Part shown: positions 1 to 8,854 of the stretch, piece after piece
Position numbering within the stretch: the stretch's first letter is position 1
How the letters are laid out: each line of letters opens with the position of its first letter
Source of the DNA: Gemmatimonadales bacterium
GTDB taxonomy: Bacteria; Gemmatimonadota; Gemmatimonadetes; Gemmatimonadales; GWC2-71-9
Length of the DNA stretch: 64,000 nt
Assembly: GCA_035574255.1 (NCBI GenBank)
Contig: DATLYZ010000031.1
Span: 142,197 to 206,196, forward strand
Direction: 5' to 3'
Made by a program: the position numbers and the translations under genes
The notes under the pieces: model-generated
Seen by the model: the letters and a program-made list of their open reading frames with translations, nothing else
Databases searched by the model: none
Told to the model about the DNA's origin: nothing

Positions 1-401
1 ATGTTCCCGCGGGTGCCATTCCGAAGGATGGCCCCTCCGCCGGCGTCACCATGGCGACGGCGCTGGTCTCGGCCCTCTCGGGCCGCCCGGTGCGACACGA
101 CATCGCCATGACCGGTGAGATCACGCTGCGGGGCCAGGTGCTGCCGATCGGCGGCGTGAAGGAGAAGGTCCTGGGCGCCGTCCGGGCGGGGATCACCAAG
201 ATCGTGCTCCCCAAGAAGAACGAGCCCGATCTCGAAGACCTCCCCGAGGAAGTCCGCAAGCAGATCGAGGTCTATCCGGTGGAGGACCTGGGCCAGGTGC
301 TGGCGATCGCCCTCCGGGGCGCCACGTTCAAGGAAGGCCGGCTCCTCTTCGGCGGCGACGATCCGAGGGATGTGGTGCCGTTGAGCCAGTTTCATCACTA
401 G
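1..401 (+). CDS. lon: Lon protease, C-terminal proteolytic domain (5' end cut by window edge)
   Basis: The frame of ORF 51..401 stays open back to nt 3. The translation ..[47 protein letters not shown] carries the Lon catalytic Ser (PKDGPSAG) and Lys (GGVKEK) motifs. TAG stop at 399-401. Confidence 0.9.
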   Translation, partial: VPAGAIPKDGPSAGVTMATALVSALSGRPVRHDIAMTGEITLRGQVLPIGGVKEKVLGAVRAGITKIVLPKKNEPDLEDLPEEVRKQIEVYPVEDLGQVLAIALRGATFKEGRLLFGGDDPRDVVPLSQFHH

Positions 402-481
402 CCGGTGAACGGTGAACCGGCCGGCAGGAAGGCACCCAGCCTGCTTTCCGGCCCGTCTCCCGTTGCCCGTTCGCCGTCACC
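399..481. terminator. Long imperfect inverted repeat between convergent lon and tetR-like genes (possible bidirectional terminator)
   Basis: TAGCCGGTGAACGGTGAACCGG ... CCCGTTGCCCGTTCGCCGTCACC. The left arm GGTGAACGG can pair with CCGTTCGCC (one G:U). The same 14-mer TAGCCGGTGAACGG recurs at 14499. No T-tract. Confidence 0.35.
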
Positions 482-1061
482 AGGTACACCCGCGCACTAC
501 CAGGTCCGCGACCCGGTCCCGCCAGGCCAGCGGCTCGCTCCACCGCTCGGCCACCGGCCGGAGGGCGAACCAGCTCAGGTTGAGCGCCAGGGCCAGCCGG
601 GCGTGGTGCAAGGGATCCACGTCGTCCCGGAAAAAGCCGGTGGCCTGGCCTTCGGTGAGGAGTTCGACCACGGGCCGGGTCGCCGCATCGGCCCAGTGGT
701 CGGCCGGCCCGCCGGGGGGCCCCTGGTCCGGCGATTCGGCCTGAACCAGCACCGCCGTGTGATCGGGGTGGGCCAGAAAGAAATCGAACTGGCCGCGCAC
801 CAGGCGCCGGAGCCGCTCCACCGCGGTGAGTCCGACCAGCGGGATCCGCGCCAGCGCGGCGCCGGCCTCCCGGGCGGCCCGGGCGAGCACGGCGGCATAG
901 AGCCCGTCCTTGGTGCCGAAGTAATAGTGGATGAGCTGCTGGTTCACCCCGGCCCGCCTGGCGATGCGGCTGGTGCGGGCCCCGGCGCGGCGGTGCAGCG
1001 CGAACTCGATGAGCGCGGCGGCCGCCAGCCGGTCGGGCGCGGAGGGGGAGCGAAAGGTCAC
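477..1061 (-). CDS. TetR/AcrR family transcriptional regulator
   Basis: HTH segment ..TSRIARRAGVNQQLIHYYFGTKDGLY.. is typical of the TetR N-terminus. The GTG at 1061 overlaps the upstream stop (GTGA), so the ORF-track start at 1205 was trimmed. Confidence 0.85.
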   Translation of the reverse strand: MTFRSPSAPDRLAAAALIEFALHRRAGARTSRIARRAGVNQQLIHYYFGTKDGLYAAVLARAAREAGAALARIPLVGLTAVERLRRLVRGQFDFFLAHPDHTAVLVQAESPDQGPPGGPADHWADAATRPVVELLTEGQATGFFRDDVDPLHHARLALALNLSWFALRPVAERWSEPLAWRDRVADLVVRGCTW

Positions 1062-2689
1062 ACCGGCGGCTGGGCCTGGAACTCCCGGGTGAACTCGATG
1101 CGGTCGCGCCCGCCCGCCTTGGCGCGGTAGAGCGCCTGATCGGCGAGCTGCGCCAGATCGCTCGCCGCGGTAGCATCCTCCGGGTACACGGCGATTCCGA
1201 TGCACACCCGGACCGGGATCGTGTCTCCCCCCTGAACCGTCGCGGGGTTCTCCGCCAGCGCGTTCCGGAGCTTCTGCGCCACCACCCCCGCTCCCGGCCG
1301 GTCGGTCCGCCGGAGGATCATGCCGAACTCTTCTCCGCCGTAGCGCCCGATGAGATCGCTGGCCCGCGCGGTGTTCTGGAACACCCGGGCCACGTGGAGC
1401 AGCACCTGGTCGCCCGCGAGGTGGCCGTAGCGGTCGTTGATCCGCTTGAAGTGGTCCACGTCAATCATGAGAAAGGCGAACGTCTCGCCGTGCCGCCGGG
1501 CGAACTCCACCGTGTGCTCCAGCTCGGCCATCAGGGTGGCGTGATTGAGCAGCCCAGTGAGCCCGTCCCGGTGGACCATCTCCCGGAGCCGCCGGCCCCG
1601 CTCGGCCCGGTTGATCACCAGGTGCGTCAGCAGTTCGCGATCCACCGGCTCCACGAGGAAGTGGTCGGCCCCCGCCGTGAGGGCCTCGATCTGATCGGCG
1701 ACGGTGTCGTGATGGGTGAGGAACACGATGGGCGTGAGCCCGAACCGCGGGTCCTGCCGGACGAGCCTCGCCAACCGGATGCCGTCCAGCCCGGGCAGCC
1801 GGGTGTCCATCAGGATCAGATCGGGTGCGTCACGGTTGAGCGCCTCGCGGGCCGCGATCCCGTCCGCGCAGTGCGTCACCCGGGCGTTGGCCTGCTCCAG
1901 CCAGGAGACCAGGTGTCCGGCCTGCTCGGAATCCGCTTCCACCAGGAGCACCCGGGGAGGCGGGCTGCCGATCCGGGCCAGGGTTTTGGCGTACTTGGGG
2001 AGATCCACGGCCACCCGGTCGGCCGGAAGGATGGTATCCACGCCCGCCGCGAGCGCCCGCACCCGGTCCACCGCCTCATCGGCGGTGACCATGACGATGG
2101 ATCGGGGTCGCACCGCGCCGGCCCCATACCAGGCGGTCGCCGCCTGGAAGGGGTCGTCCTCCTCGTGTTCCGCCACCACGACGACCAAGTCGGGCCGCTC
2201 GGTGAGGCGCATCGCCCGGGGTTCGCTGACCCGGGTCTCGGTCCGCACGTAGAAACCCGAGGCCGCGAGCGCATGGGCGCTGTGGTCGCGGAGGGTGCCG
2301 GGAGTCCCGATGACCAGGGCCCGCCAGCCGAACTCGCTCACGGCAGGGGGGCGCTCGGGAAGGCCGAGTTCCGTGGCCGCCGCGTTGAAGGCGTCGGCGA
2401 GTCGTTCGATGGTCTGTTCCAGCCGCGAGGCGTTCTCGGGCGTGGGGGCCGGCGCATCGTTCGCCAACCAGCGCTCCGCCTCCCGGCTCAGGTCGCTGAT
2501 CACCGGGAACCCGTACGACCCGCCCGAACCGGACAGGCGGTGGAAACGGCGCGTGAGAGACTGGGCCGCGTCAGGCTCGCCCGCCTTGAACGCCGCCACG
2601 TCCTTGCGCAGTTCGGCCAGACGCCCCGGCGCCTCGAGCAGGTACTCCCGCCGGAGCTGCGCCAGCGCCTCCTTGAGAGGATCGGTCAT
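1058..2689 (-). CDS. Response regulator / diguanylate cyclase: HPt - degenerate receiver - receiver - GGDEF
   Basis: HPt-like N-terminus (..FHRLSGSGGSYGF..). Receiver domain (RVLLVEAD..LILMDTRLPGLDG). GGDEF domain with active site GGEEF and an I-site RASD five residues upstream. Start taken at MTDPLKE (ATGA overlap with the upstream gene). Confidence 0.85.
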   Translation of the reverse strand: MTDPLKEALAQLRREYLLEAPGRLAELRKDVAAFKAGEPDAAQSLTRRFHRLSGSGGSYGFPVISDLSREAERWLANDAPAPTPENASRLEQTIERLADAFNAAATELGLPERPPAVSEFGWRALVIGTPGTLRDHSAHALAASGFYVRTETRVSEPRAMRLTERPDLVVVVAEHEEDDPFQAATAWYGAGAVRPRSIVMVTADEAVDRVRALAAGVDTILPADRVAVDLPKYAKTLARIGSPPPRVLLVEADSEQAGHLVSWLEQANARVTHCADGIAAREALNRDAPDLILMDTRLPGLDGIRLARLVRQDPRFGLTPIVFLTHHDTVADQIEALTAGADHFLVEPVDRELLTHLVINRAERGRRLREMVHRDGLTGLLNHATLMAELEHTVEFARRHGETFAFLMIDVDHFKRINDRYGHLAGDQVLLHVARVFQNTARASDLIGRYGGEEFGMILRRTDRPGAGVVAQKLRNALAENPATVQGGDTIPVRVCIGIAVYPEDATAASDLAQLADQALYRAKAGGRDRIEFTREFQAQPPV

Positions 2690-3372
2690 GGCGATGCCCG
2701 CAGATGGTCGAACGTGCACTGCGCTGCGGCCACGAACGAAGCCGCACTGCTCCAGTGGCCCTGCACCTGGCCGCCGCGGCGACTCGCGATCACGGCCCGC
2801 TCGCCGTCCATGATCGCGATGAGCGGAACCCCGGGCCAGCGGTGCCCGCTCGGCATGGCTTCCACCCGGCCGAACGGCAGGGTCACCGGCACTTCCGCAC
2901 AGAGCATCATCTCCAGGCCGGCCGCCGCCACCCGCCGCAGGGCCGGCGACAGCGGCCCATAGGCCTCGGCAGGGGCCAGCAGCCGGAGCGAACGGGTCAC
3001 CCGCCCGATCTCCTGGGTGAGGAGCTGGAGCGCACCCCGGGGCGTGGTCACCTCGATCAGGCTCGGGGACTCGGAGCCGCCGAACCCCTCCAATGCCCGG
3101 CTCAGCCGCTCGAGCGCCTCACCCTGGGCCAGTGCGAGCCGGGCCAGCACACTCCCCGGCGGTTCAGGCCGAAACCGCCGGGGCTCGCCGTCATCCACCC
3201 GCGCGGCCCCCTTGGCGACCAGCCCCTCCAGCGCGCTGTATGCGTTGGCCCGAGCGAGCCCCGCGGATCGAGCCACGGCGTACCCCGTGCCGGGACCAGC
3301 CGACAACAGAACCTCGTAAACTCGACTTTCGGTAGGGGTGAAACCAAACGGAGTGAGGTCAATCGGCGGCAT
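2686..3372 (-). CDS. TrmB-family HTH transcriptional regulator
   Basis: N-terminus ..LTPFGFTPTESRVYEVLLSAGPGTGYAVARSAGLARANAYSALEGLVAKGA.. matches the TrmB winged helix. Start taken at MPPIDL; 3393 is also possible. Confidence 0.7.
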   Translation of the reverse strand: MPPIDLTPFGFTPTESRVYEVLLSAGPGTGYAVARSAGLARANAYSALEGLVAKGAARVDDGEPRRFRPEPPGSVLARLALAQGEALERLSRALEGFGGSESPSLIEVTTPRGALQLLTQEIGRVTRSLRLLAPAEAYGPLSPALRRVAAAGLEMMLCAEVPVTLPFGRVEAMPSGHRWPGVPLIAIMDGERAVIASRRGGQVQGHWSSAASFVAAAQCTFDHLRASP

Positions 3373-3462
3373 GGTAGTAGTATGCGCTACCATCGCCGCA
3401 AGGACAAGAAGGAAACGGTCGCCCGGTACAAGGCCCGAAAAATCGGGCCCGTGTCCCGGCGG

Positions 3463-4614
3463 TCAGGTGTACTCGAGGCTCCAGCCGAGGAGCTTGGCGA
3501 TGAGCGCCAGGCGGAAGGTCACGTCCGCGTGTTTGTACTCGGGGTGCTTGGCCTCGGGGTCGAGCGGGTAATAGTGGTACGTGATCCGGTTGGCGGCCCG
3601 GGGAGCGCTCCGCAGCCCTTTGGGGTTCCATACCCCGCGGTCGTCACAGTCCTTGAGTAGCCGGGCCAGCACCTTGGTGGCGACCGGTGCGGTGTGGAGC
3701 GCCCGGATCCGCGCGAGGAGTTCGATGTAGTGGAGCGCGAGCGGGATGTCCTTCGCGGCCCCCTTGGCATCGGCCTCGATCGGGTCCCCCAGCAGGAGAT
3801 GCTGGGGCTTGAGCTTTTTCTTCCCCACCGCGAGCACGTAGGCCTTCTTCGGTGCCGGCTGAGCCAGATAGTGCCCCAGCCGGTCGGTGAAGCCGGCGCG
3901 CTCCCGCTGGAGGTTCGGCATGGCCGCAATCATCGCGACGGAGTACCAGCTCGGCGGATCCGCCTCGGGGTGGAGCGCGGTCGCGCTGCCGGAGCGGATG
4001 AAGGGCTTCTCCGCGAGGGGGCTCCGCAGGAACTGGGAGACCTGGTTGGCGATGCGGTGGGCCGCGCCCCGGAGCCTCGGGTCTTCGATGTTCCCGGCCT
4101 CCGCCAGTGCCGCGGACGCCGCCTCACGGATTACGTTCCGGGCCCACTCGGTGACCGCCGCATCGCCCCTGGCCGTCTTCTGGAACTCGAAGAGCAGGGC
4201 GGGGTCCTCGTCGCGCGAGAGGAGCCGAAAGAGCAGCCGGTCGCTCAGCTTGAAAGGCCGTGAGGTGATCGGGTAGCCGAGCTGGATGAGCCGGCGATAC
4301 TGTGGGATCGTGCCCACTTCCTTGATGCCCTGGGAGGGCGAGGGCGCCAGCCCGAGCAGGTTGTTCCCCCACACCCCGGTCTCTTTCTGTTTCCGGACCA
4401 CCGACTGCGCCGCCTTGGAGGTCTCGGCGGCGAGCCGCGCGGCCTCGATCTGCTCCGGCGCCACGCTGCCGGGGGCGGCGAGTTCGGTGAGGGTTCGGTA
4501 ACGGATGACCTCGCCGCCGTGGGCGACGAGCCAGGTCAACGGAATGCGGTGCGAAGTGGGAAGCTCCAGAAGGCCCCCGGTGCGGAAGTGAGGCAACCGA
4601 AAAACCGGGCGCAA
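3463..4614 (-). CDS. Hypothetical protein (no recognisable family)
   Basis: 383-codon ORF with protein-like composition. The overlapping ORFs in other frames are Arg/Pro/Gly-rich shadow ORFs. Non-ATG start, so the 5' end is uncertain. Confidence 0.5.
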   Translation of the reverse strand: MRPVFRLPHFRTGGLLELPTSHRIPLTWLVAHGGEVIRYRTLTELAAPGSVAPEQIEAARLAAETSKAAQSVVRKQKETGVWGNNLLGLAPSPSQGIKEVGTIPQYRRLIQLGYPITSRPFKLSDRLLFRLLSRDEDPALLFEFQKTARGDAAVTEWARNVIREAASAALAEAGNIEDPRLRGAAHRIANQVSQFLRSPLAEKPFIRSGSATALHPEADPPSWYSVAMIAAMPNLQRERAGFTDRLGHYLAQPAPKKAYVLAVGKKKLKPQHLLLGDPIEADAKGAAKDIPLALHYIELLARIRALHTAPVATKVLARLLKDCDDRGVWNPKGLRSAPRAANRITYHYYPLDPEAKHPEYKHADVTFRLALIAKLLGWSLEYT

Positions 4615-4749
4615 AAATACTTGCAGGTGGAGGGTTCCGCTACCGCTCGGCGTCAGGCCGGGTTGGAAGGTCCAGGCCGGCCGGCATCTCCACTGTAAGA
4701 GTATGTCCAGCAGTGACTTATGAGCTCGTTGTCCTCCGCGAGCACCCGG

Positions 4750-6423
4750 TCATGGTTGTCGCCGTGCCTCTCCCGCTGCCCGGAACTCCGACGCCCGCTC
4801 CCAGACGGGCTGGGCCGGAGCCTGGGCCACGGCCAGCGCGGTACGGAGCACGACCCGGATCTGCTGCATCGCGCCGTCCATCGAGAACCAGGGAAGGACC
4901 TCGTCCTGGGGTTTGTGGTAGCGCTGCTCGGTGTATTCCGCCCGGCGCTCTCGGCCCCAGCCGGCCGGGCGCCCGATGAAGTCCTCGCCGGGTTCGATCG
5001 AGAGGGCGGGGACCCCGGCCCGGGCGAAGGGGAAGTGATCCGAACGGAAGAAGGCTCCGCGGATCAGAGCGTCCTGGTTCACGCTCACCCGGAGCCGTTC
5101 CGCCGCTGCGGCCGCCTGGAAGACGGGGCCCAGGGAGGACTGATCGAATCCGAGCGCGGCGATGTCCCGGGTGGGGCCGTAGAGGTTGAGCACGTCGAGG
5201 TTCAACACGGCCGCCAGGTCGCGGAGCGGGATCACCGGACGTTCGACCAGGGCCTGAGAGCCGAGCAGGCCCGATTCCTCCGCGCCGAACCCGACGAACA
5301 GGATGGAGCGGCCGGGCCGGACGCCGCTGGTCACGAACGCCTCCGCTGCCACGATGACGGCCGCGGCGCCGGAAGCGTTGTCCTCGGCGCCGTTGTAGAT
5401 CGAGTCGCCGTTCACCGGAGTTCGGATGCCGAAGTGGTCGTAGTGGCCGCCGATCAGGACGGCCTCGTCGGCCCGGGGCCCGCGGCCGCGCAGCCGGGCG
5501 ATCACGTTGTAGGTGGTCGAGCGGCGGATGGCGCTCTTCACCCGGGCCTCGAACCCGAAAGGCAGTTCCACGGCGCGGAAGGCCCGGGTCGCGGCGCGCT
5601 CCGCCAGTGCCGCGTAGTCGAGCCCCGCCTGGCTGAAGAGCAGGGCCACGGCGGTGTCGCGGATCCAGCCCGCGGCGACGAGCGAGGTCGGTGGCGTCTC
5701 GATGCGCACCTGCTCGCCGGTCCAGGAGCCGGTGACGGTGCCCCAGGGGTAGGTGGCACTCTCGGGGCTGTGCACGAGGAGGATCCCGGCCGCGCCCTGC
5801 CGGGCCGCTTCCTCGATCTTGTAGGTCCAGCGCCCGTAATACGTGAGAATCCGCCCGCGGAACAGCGTGGAGTCGCGGAGCCCGGGATCGTTCACGAGGC
5901 AGACCACGATCTTTCCGCGCGGGTCCACGCCCGCGTAGTCGTTCCAGTGCCATTCCGGGGCGACGATCCCGTACCCCACGAAGACGGCCGGAGCGCCCAG
6001 GCTCACCTCCGGGTCGTCGCGCAGGGACCAGAGCACGTAGTCGTCGCGGTAGGCGAGCGCCTTCGGCAGCGCTCCCGTCACGCGGAGCAGAGGGTCTGGG
6101 GTGAGCCCGATGATCGGCACCCGGTGGAAGTACCCGCTGTCGCCGGCGGGCTCGAGACCGAGCCGCTGGAACTGGGTGGCGATGTACTGGGCGGCGAGCA
6201 ATCCGCCTCGGGTGGCTGTCCCCCGCCCCTCGAGCAGATCGCTGGCCAGGAACTCGAGATGCGCCCGATAGCTGGCCGGGCTCGCGGCGCCGGCGAGGCG
6301 GGATCCCGGCGCGGTTGTCTGTGAGGCGAGGCCCGGGGGCCCGGCGGTGGCGAGGGCCAGCGTGCCGAGGAGGAGGGTGGCCGGCCATCCGGCCGAAAGG
6401 GGGGTGAGGAAGCGCGGTGTCAT
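4750..6423 (-). CDS. M28-family aminopeptidase with PA domain, secreted
   Basis: Signal peptide, then ..GAEDNASGAAAV..FVGFGAEESGLLGS.. and ..FFRSDHFPFARAGVPA.. (M28 zinc-ligand blocks). Start taken at MTPRFL. Confidence 0.85.
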   Translation of the reverse strand: MTPRFLTPLSAGWPATLLLGTLALATAGPPGLASQTTAPGSRLAGAASPASYRAHLEFLASDLLEGRGTATRGGLLAAQYIATQFQRLGLEPAGDSGYFHRVPIIGLTPDPLLRVTGALPKALAYRDDYVLWSLRDDPEVSLGAPAVFVGYGIVAPEWHWNDYAGVDPRGKIVVCLVNDPGLRDSTLFRGRILTYYGRWTYKIEEAARQGAAGILLVHSPESATYPWGTVTGSWTGEQVRIETPPTSLVAAGWIRDTAVALLFSQAGLDYAALAERAATRAFRAVELPFGFEARVKSAIRRSTTYNVIARLRGRGPRADEAVLIGGHYDHFGIRTPVNGDSIYNGAEDNASGAAAVIVAAEAFVTSGVRPGRSILFVGFGAEESGLLGSQALVERPVIPLRDLAAVLNLDVLNLYGPTRDIAALGFDQSSLGPVFQAAAAAERLRVSVNQDALIRGAFFRSDHFPFARAGVPALSIEPGEDFIGRPAGWGRERRAEYTEQRYHKPQDEVLPWFSMDGAMQQIRVVLRTALAVAQAPAQPVWERASEFRAAGEARRQP

Positions 6424-6477
6424 CGGGCGAGCGAGGAGAAGATTCGACCTGGTCCGGTTTGGCATGCAACGGGGAAT

Positions 6478-7389
6478 CTACCCGCACCCCGGTCGCGCCA
6501 GAAACGCCCGGAGCTCGTTCAGCACGGTGTCCGGGGCGGTCTGGTGAGGCCGGTGGAGGGCCTGGAGGGTCACGAAGCGGCGGCAGGGGAGTTCGGCGGC
6601 GATCGCTTCGCCGATGGCGAACGGGATGGTGGGGTCCTGCCGGCCCCAGATCAGCAGCACCGGTTGCCGAATCTCCCTGAAGCGGTTCGTGAGGGCGGCA
6701 AAATCGAATTGCAGGAGAACCTGGCGCGCGGCCCGCGCCGCCGCGCTGTCGCCGGCCGGCTGATAGGCGGCCCGCTCCGGCGGCTCGCGCAGCCAGCCCG
6801 GGTCGTGAACCGGCAGGACGTAGGAAATGGCGGAGGCCACCCAGTGCGTGGCCGGCGAGGCAATCCCGGCGGTATCCGCGAAGAGGGGATTGATGCCGTG
6901 ACCGGCGGGCGCCACGAGGACGAGGGCCACGACCCGATCGGGGTGATCCAGGGCGAGGGCCGCGGCGATCTCCCCGCCCATCGAATGGCCGATGACCACG
7001 ACCGGCCCCTGGGTGTGTGCGCGGAGGAAGGCGCCGAGCCGGCGGCGATAGCTGGCGAGATCGTACGTTCCGGCCGGCTTGTCGCTCACTCCGAACCCGG
7101 GCAAGTCCACCGCGACGACGCGGGACTGGCGGGCCAGCCGGTCAATCAGCGGGCGCCAGGTGAGGAGGGACTCCCCGTAGCCGTGGAGCAGGAGCAGCGT
7201 GGTATCGCCGTGTCCGGCGACGAGTGTTCGGAGTTCCACGTCGCCTGCAGCGAGCCACCGCGCCGTGTAGCGGGGCCCCGCGGGGAGCGGTGCTCCCCAG
7301 CCGACCCAGAGCAGCGCGGCGGCGGCGAGGGCGACGGCGAAATGCCTCCGGGCGCGCGTCCACACGGCCGGAACGGGGTGCGGATACAT
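6478..7389 (-). CDS. Alpha/beta-fold hydrolase
   Basis: ..LLLLHGYGES.. (oxyanion HG), nucleophile elbow GHSMGG, and a C-terminal ..ALHRPHQ.. His. Confidence 0.85.
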   Translation of the reverse strand: MYPHPVPAVWTRARRHFAVALAAAALLWVGWGAPLPAGPRYTARWLAAGDVELRTLVAGHGDTTLLLLHGYGESLLTWRPLIDRLARQSRVVAVDLPGFGVSDKPAGTYDLASYRRRLGAFLRAHTQGPVVVIGHSMGGEIAAALALDHPDRVVALVLVAPAGHGINPLFADTAGIASPATHWVASAISYVLPVHDPGWLREPPERAAYQPAGDSAAARAARQVLLQFDFAALTNRFREIRQPVLLIWGRQDPTIPFAIGEAIAAELPCRRFVTLQALHRPHQTAPDTVLNELRAFLARPGCG

Positions 7390-7464
7390 GCTGAATGGTA
7401 GCGAGAGCCGGCGCGGGCCGGTGTGGGGGGGGGCCGAGGGGCCGCGCCCGATGGGTGTTACGGA

Positions 7465-8712
7465 TCAGCGACCGGCCGGGAGCGGTTCGCTTCCCCCGTC
7501 GCGCAGGGCGGTCTGGATCGGGCTCGACGGTCCCTCTCGTCCGAAGATCCTCGGGTCGTAGACGGATCGCGGATTCCAGAGCACCCAGCTTTCGATCCCC
7601 GCGTCCGCCGCCGCCCGGATCTGGGCCCGCACGTGCTCCGGGGTGTAGCGAGGACGGCCCAGCGTGAACGCCTGAAGATAAGGACGGATCTCCGCGGTGG
7701 GCCGGTCGAGTCGCCGGGCCCGTCGCACCCCGTCCTCCAGGGCACTGCGCACGATGCGATAGGGCTCGCTGTTCGGATGCCGGACCCCGTAGATCGGATG
7801 GTAGTAGTGGCTGGGGTAGACCATGGGGAGCACCACATCGGCGGTGGTGACGAGATCCTCCCAGATCTGCCCGATGCCCAGGTCCACTTCGGCGTTGGTC
7901 GTCATGCCGAAGACGTCGAGCGTGAAGGGAACGCCGAGCGGCCGCACCCGGTCCGCGAGGAGGCGCAGATTCCTGGCGACGCCGTCCCGGGCGGTCTCGC
8001 CGGGCCTCCGCGCGGGGAAGACGGCGCGGGCCATCCGCGCCCGGGGCTCGTCGGGGAAGCGCACGTAGTCGAACTGGACCTCGCCGAAGCCGAGCTTCAC
8101 CGCCTCCTCGGCGAGCTGGGCGGCGTAGATCCAGACGGAGTCGTTGAAGGCGTCCACCCAGGCGAAATCCAGCCGGTCGCGCCAGAGTCCACCGTCCCGG
8201 TCCCGCACCGACCAGCCGGGCTTGTGCCGGGCGAGCAGCGGGTCCTTGGCCACGACGATGCGGGCGATGGGATGGATCCCATGCCGGTGCAGTTTCCGCA
8301 GCCGGGCCCCCACGTCCGGCGCCCGGAGCCGGCTGTTCGCCCCGATGGCGATCGCGGTGGGCACGCTCGAGCGGTAGGTGAGGTATCCGGTGTCGTCCTT
8401 GACGTCAATGACGAAGCTGTTGATCTCGGTGGTATCGGCCAGCCGGACCAGGTCATCGAACCGGCGACCGCCGAAAGCCCAGGCGTTGACGTAGAGCGCC
8501 CGGACCGGGCGCGGCGGGTGCAGGATGGGTGGCGGGGGCCAGTCGAGCGGCCCACAGAAGCGCGGCCCGATCGGCGGCGGGCGGTCGGGACGTGCCAGCG
8601 GGGGGAGTTCATCGCCCCAGCCGCGCTGTTGAGCCGGGGCGGCAGCGGGTGTCCCGAGGGCGGTCAGGCCTATTGCCACGGCCACGGCAAGTCGCCGCGT
8701 GATCCGGATCAC
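7465..8712 (-). CDS. Putative glycoside hydrolase, DUF4015/GHL-type TIM barrel, secreted
   Basis: Signal peptide. The blocks ..INSFVIDVKDDTGYLTY.. and ..GFGEVQFDYVRFPDE.. match my recollection of the DUF4015 family. Confidence 0.7.
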   Translation of the reverse strand: MIRITRRLAVAVAIGLTALGTPAAAPAQQRGWGDELPPLARPDRPPPIGPRFCGPLDWPPPPILHPPRPVRALYVNAWAFGGRRFDDLVRLADTTEINSFVIDVKDDTGYLTYRSSVPTAIAIGANSRLRAPDVGARLRKLHRHGIHPIARIVVAKDPLLARHKPGWSVRDRDGGLWRDRLDFAWVDAFNDSVWIYAAQLAEEAVKLGFGEVQFDYVRFPDEPRARMARAVFPARRPGETARDGVARNLRLLADRVRPLGVPFTLDVFGMTTNAEVDLGIGQIWEDLVTTADVVLPMVYPSHYYHPIYGVRHPNSEPYRIVRSALEDGVRRARRLDRPTAEIRPYLQAFTLGRPRYTPEHVRAQIRAAADAGIESWVLWNPRSVYDPRIFGREGPSSPIQTALRDGGSEPLPAGR

Positions 8713-8854
8713 ACGATCTCCGTGGTGCGACGTCAGGCACCGCCGAAGGCAAGGGCGGGGGCGGTGCTGCCTGGTGCCCGGGGCGAACGCCGCCGGAGCA
8801 CCGGACGGCGAGACCGGATCCGGAGCAAGGAGCGTGCAGTGGAGAACGGTGGGG

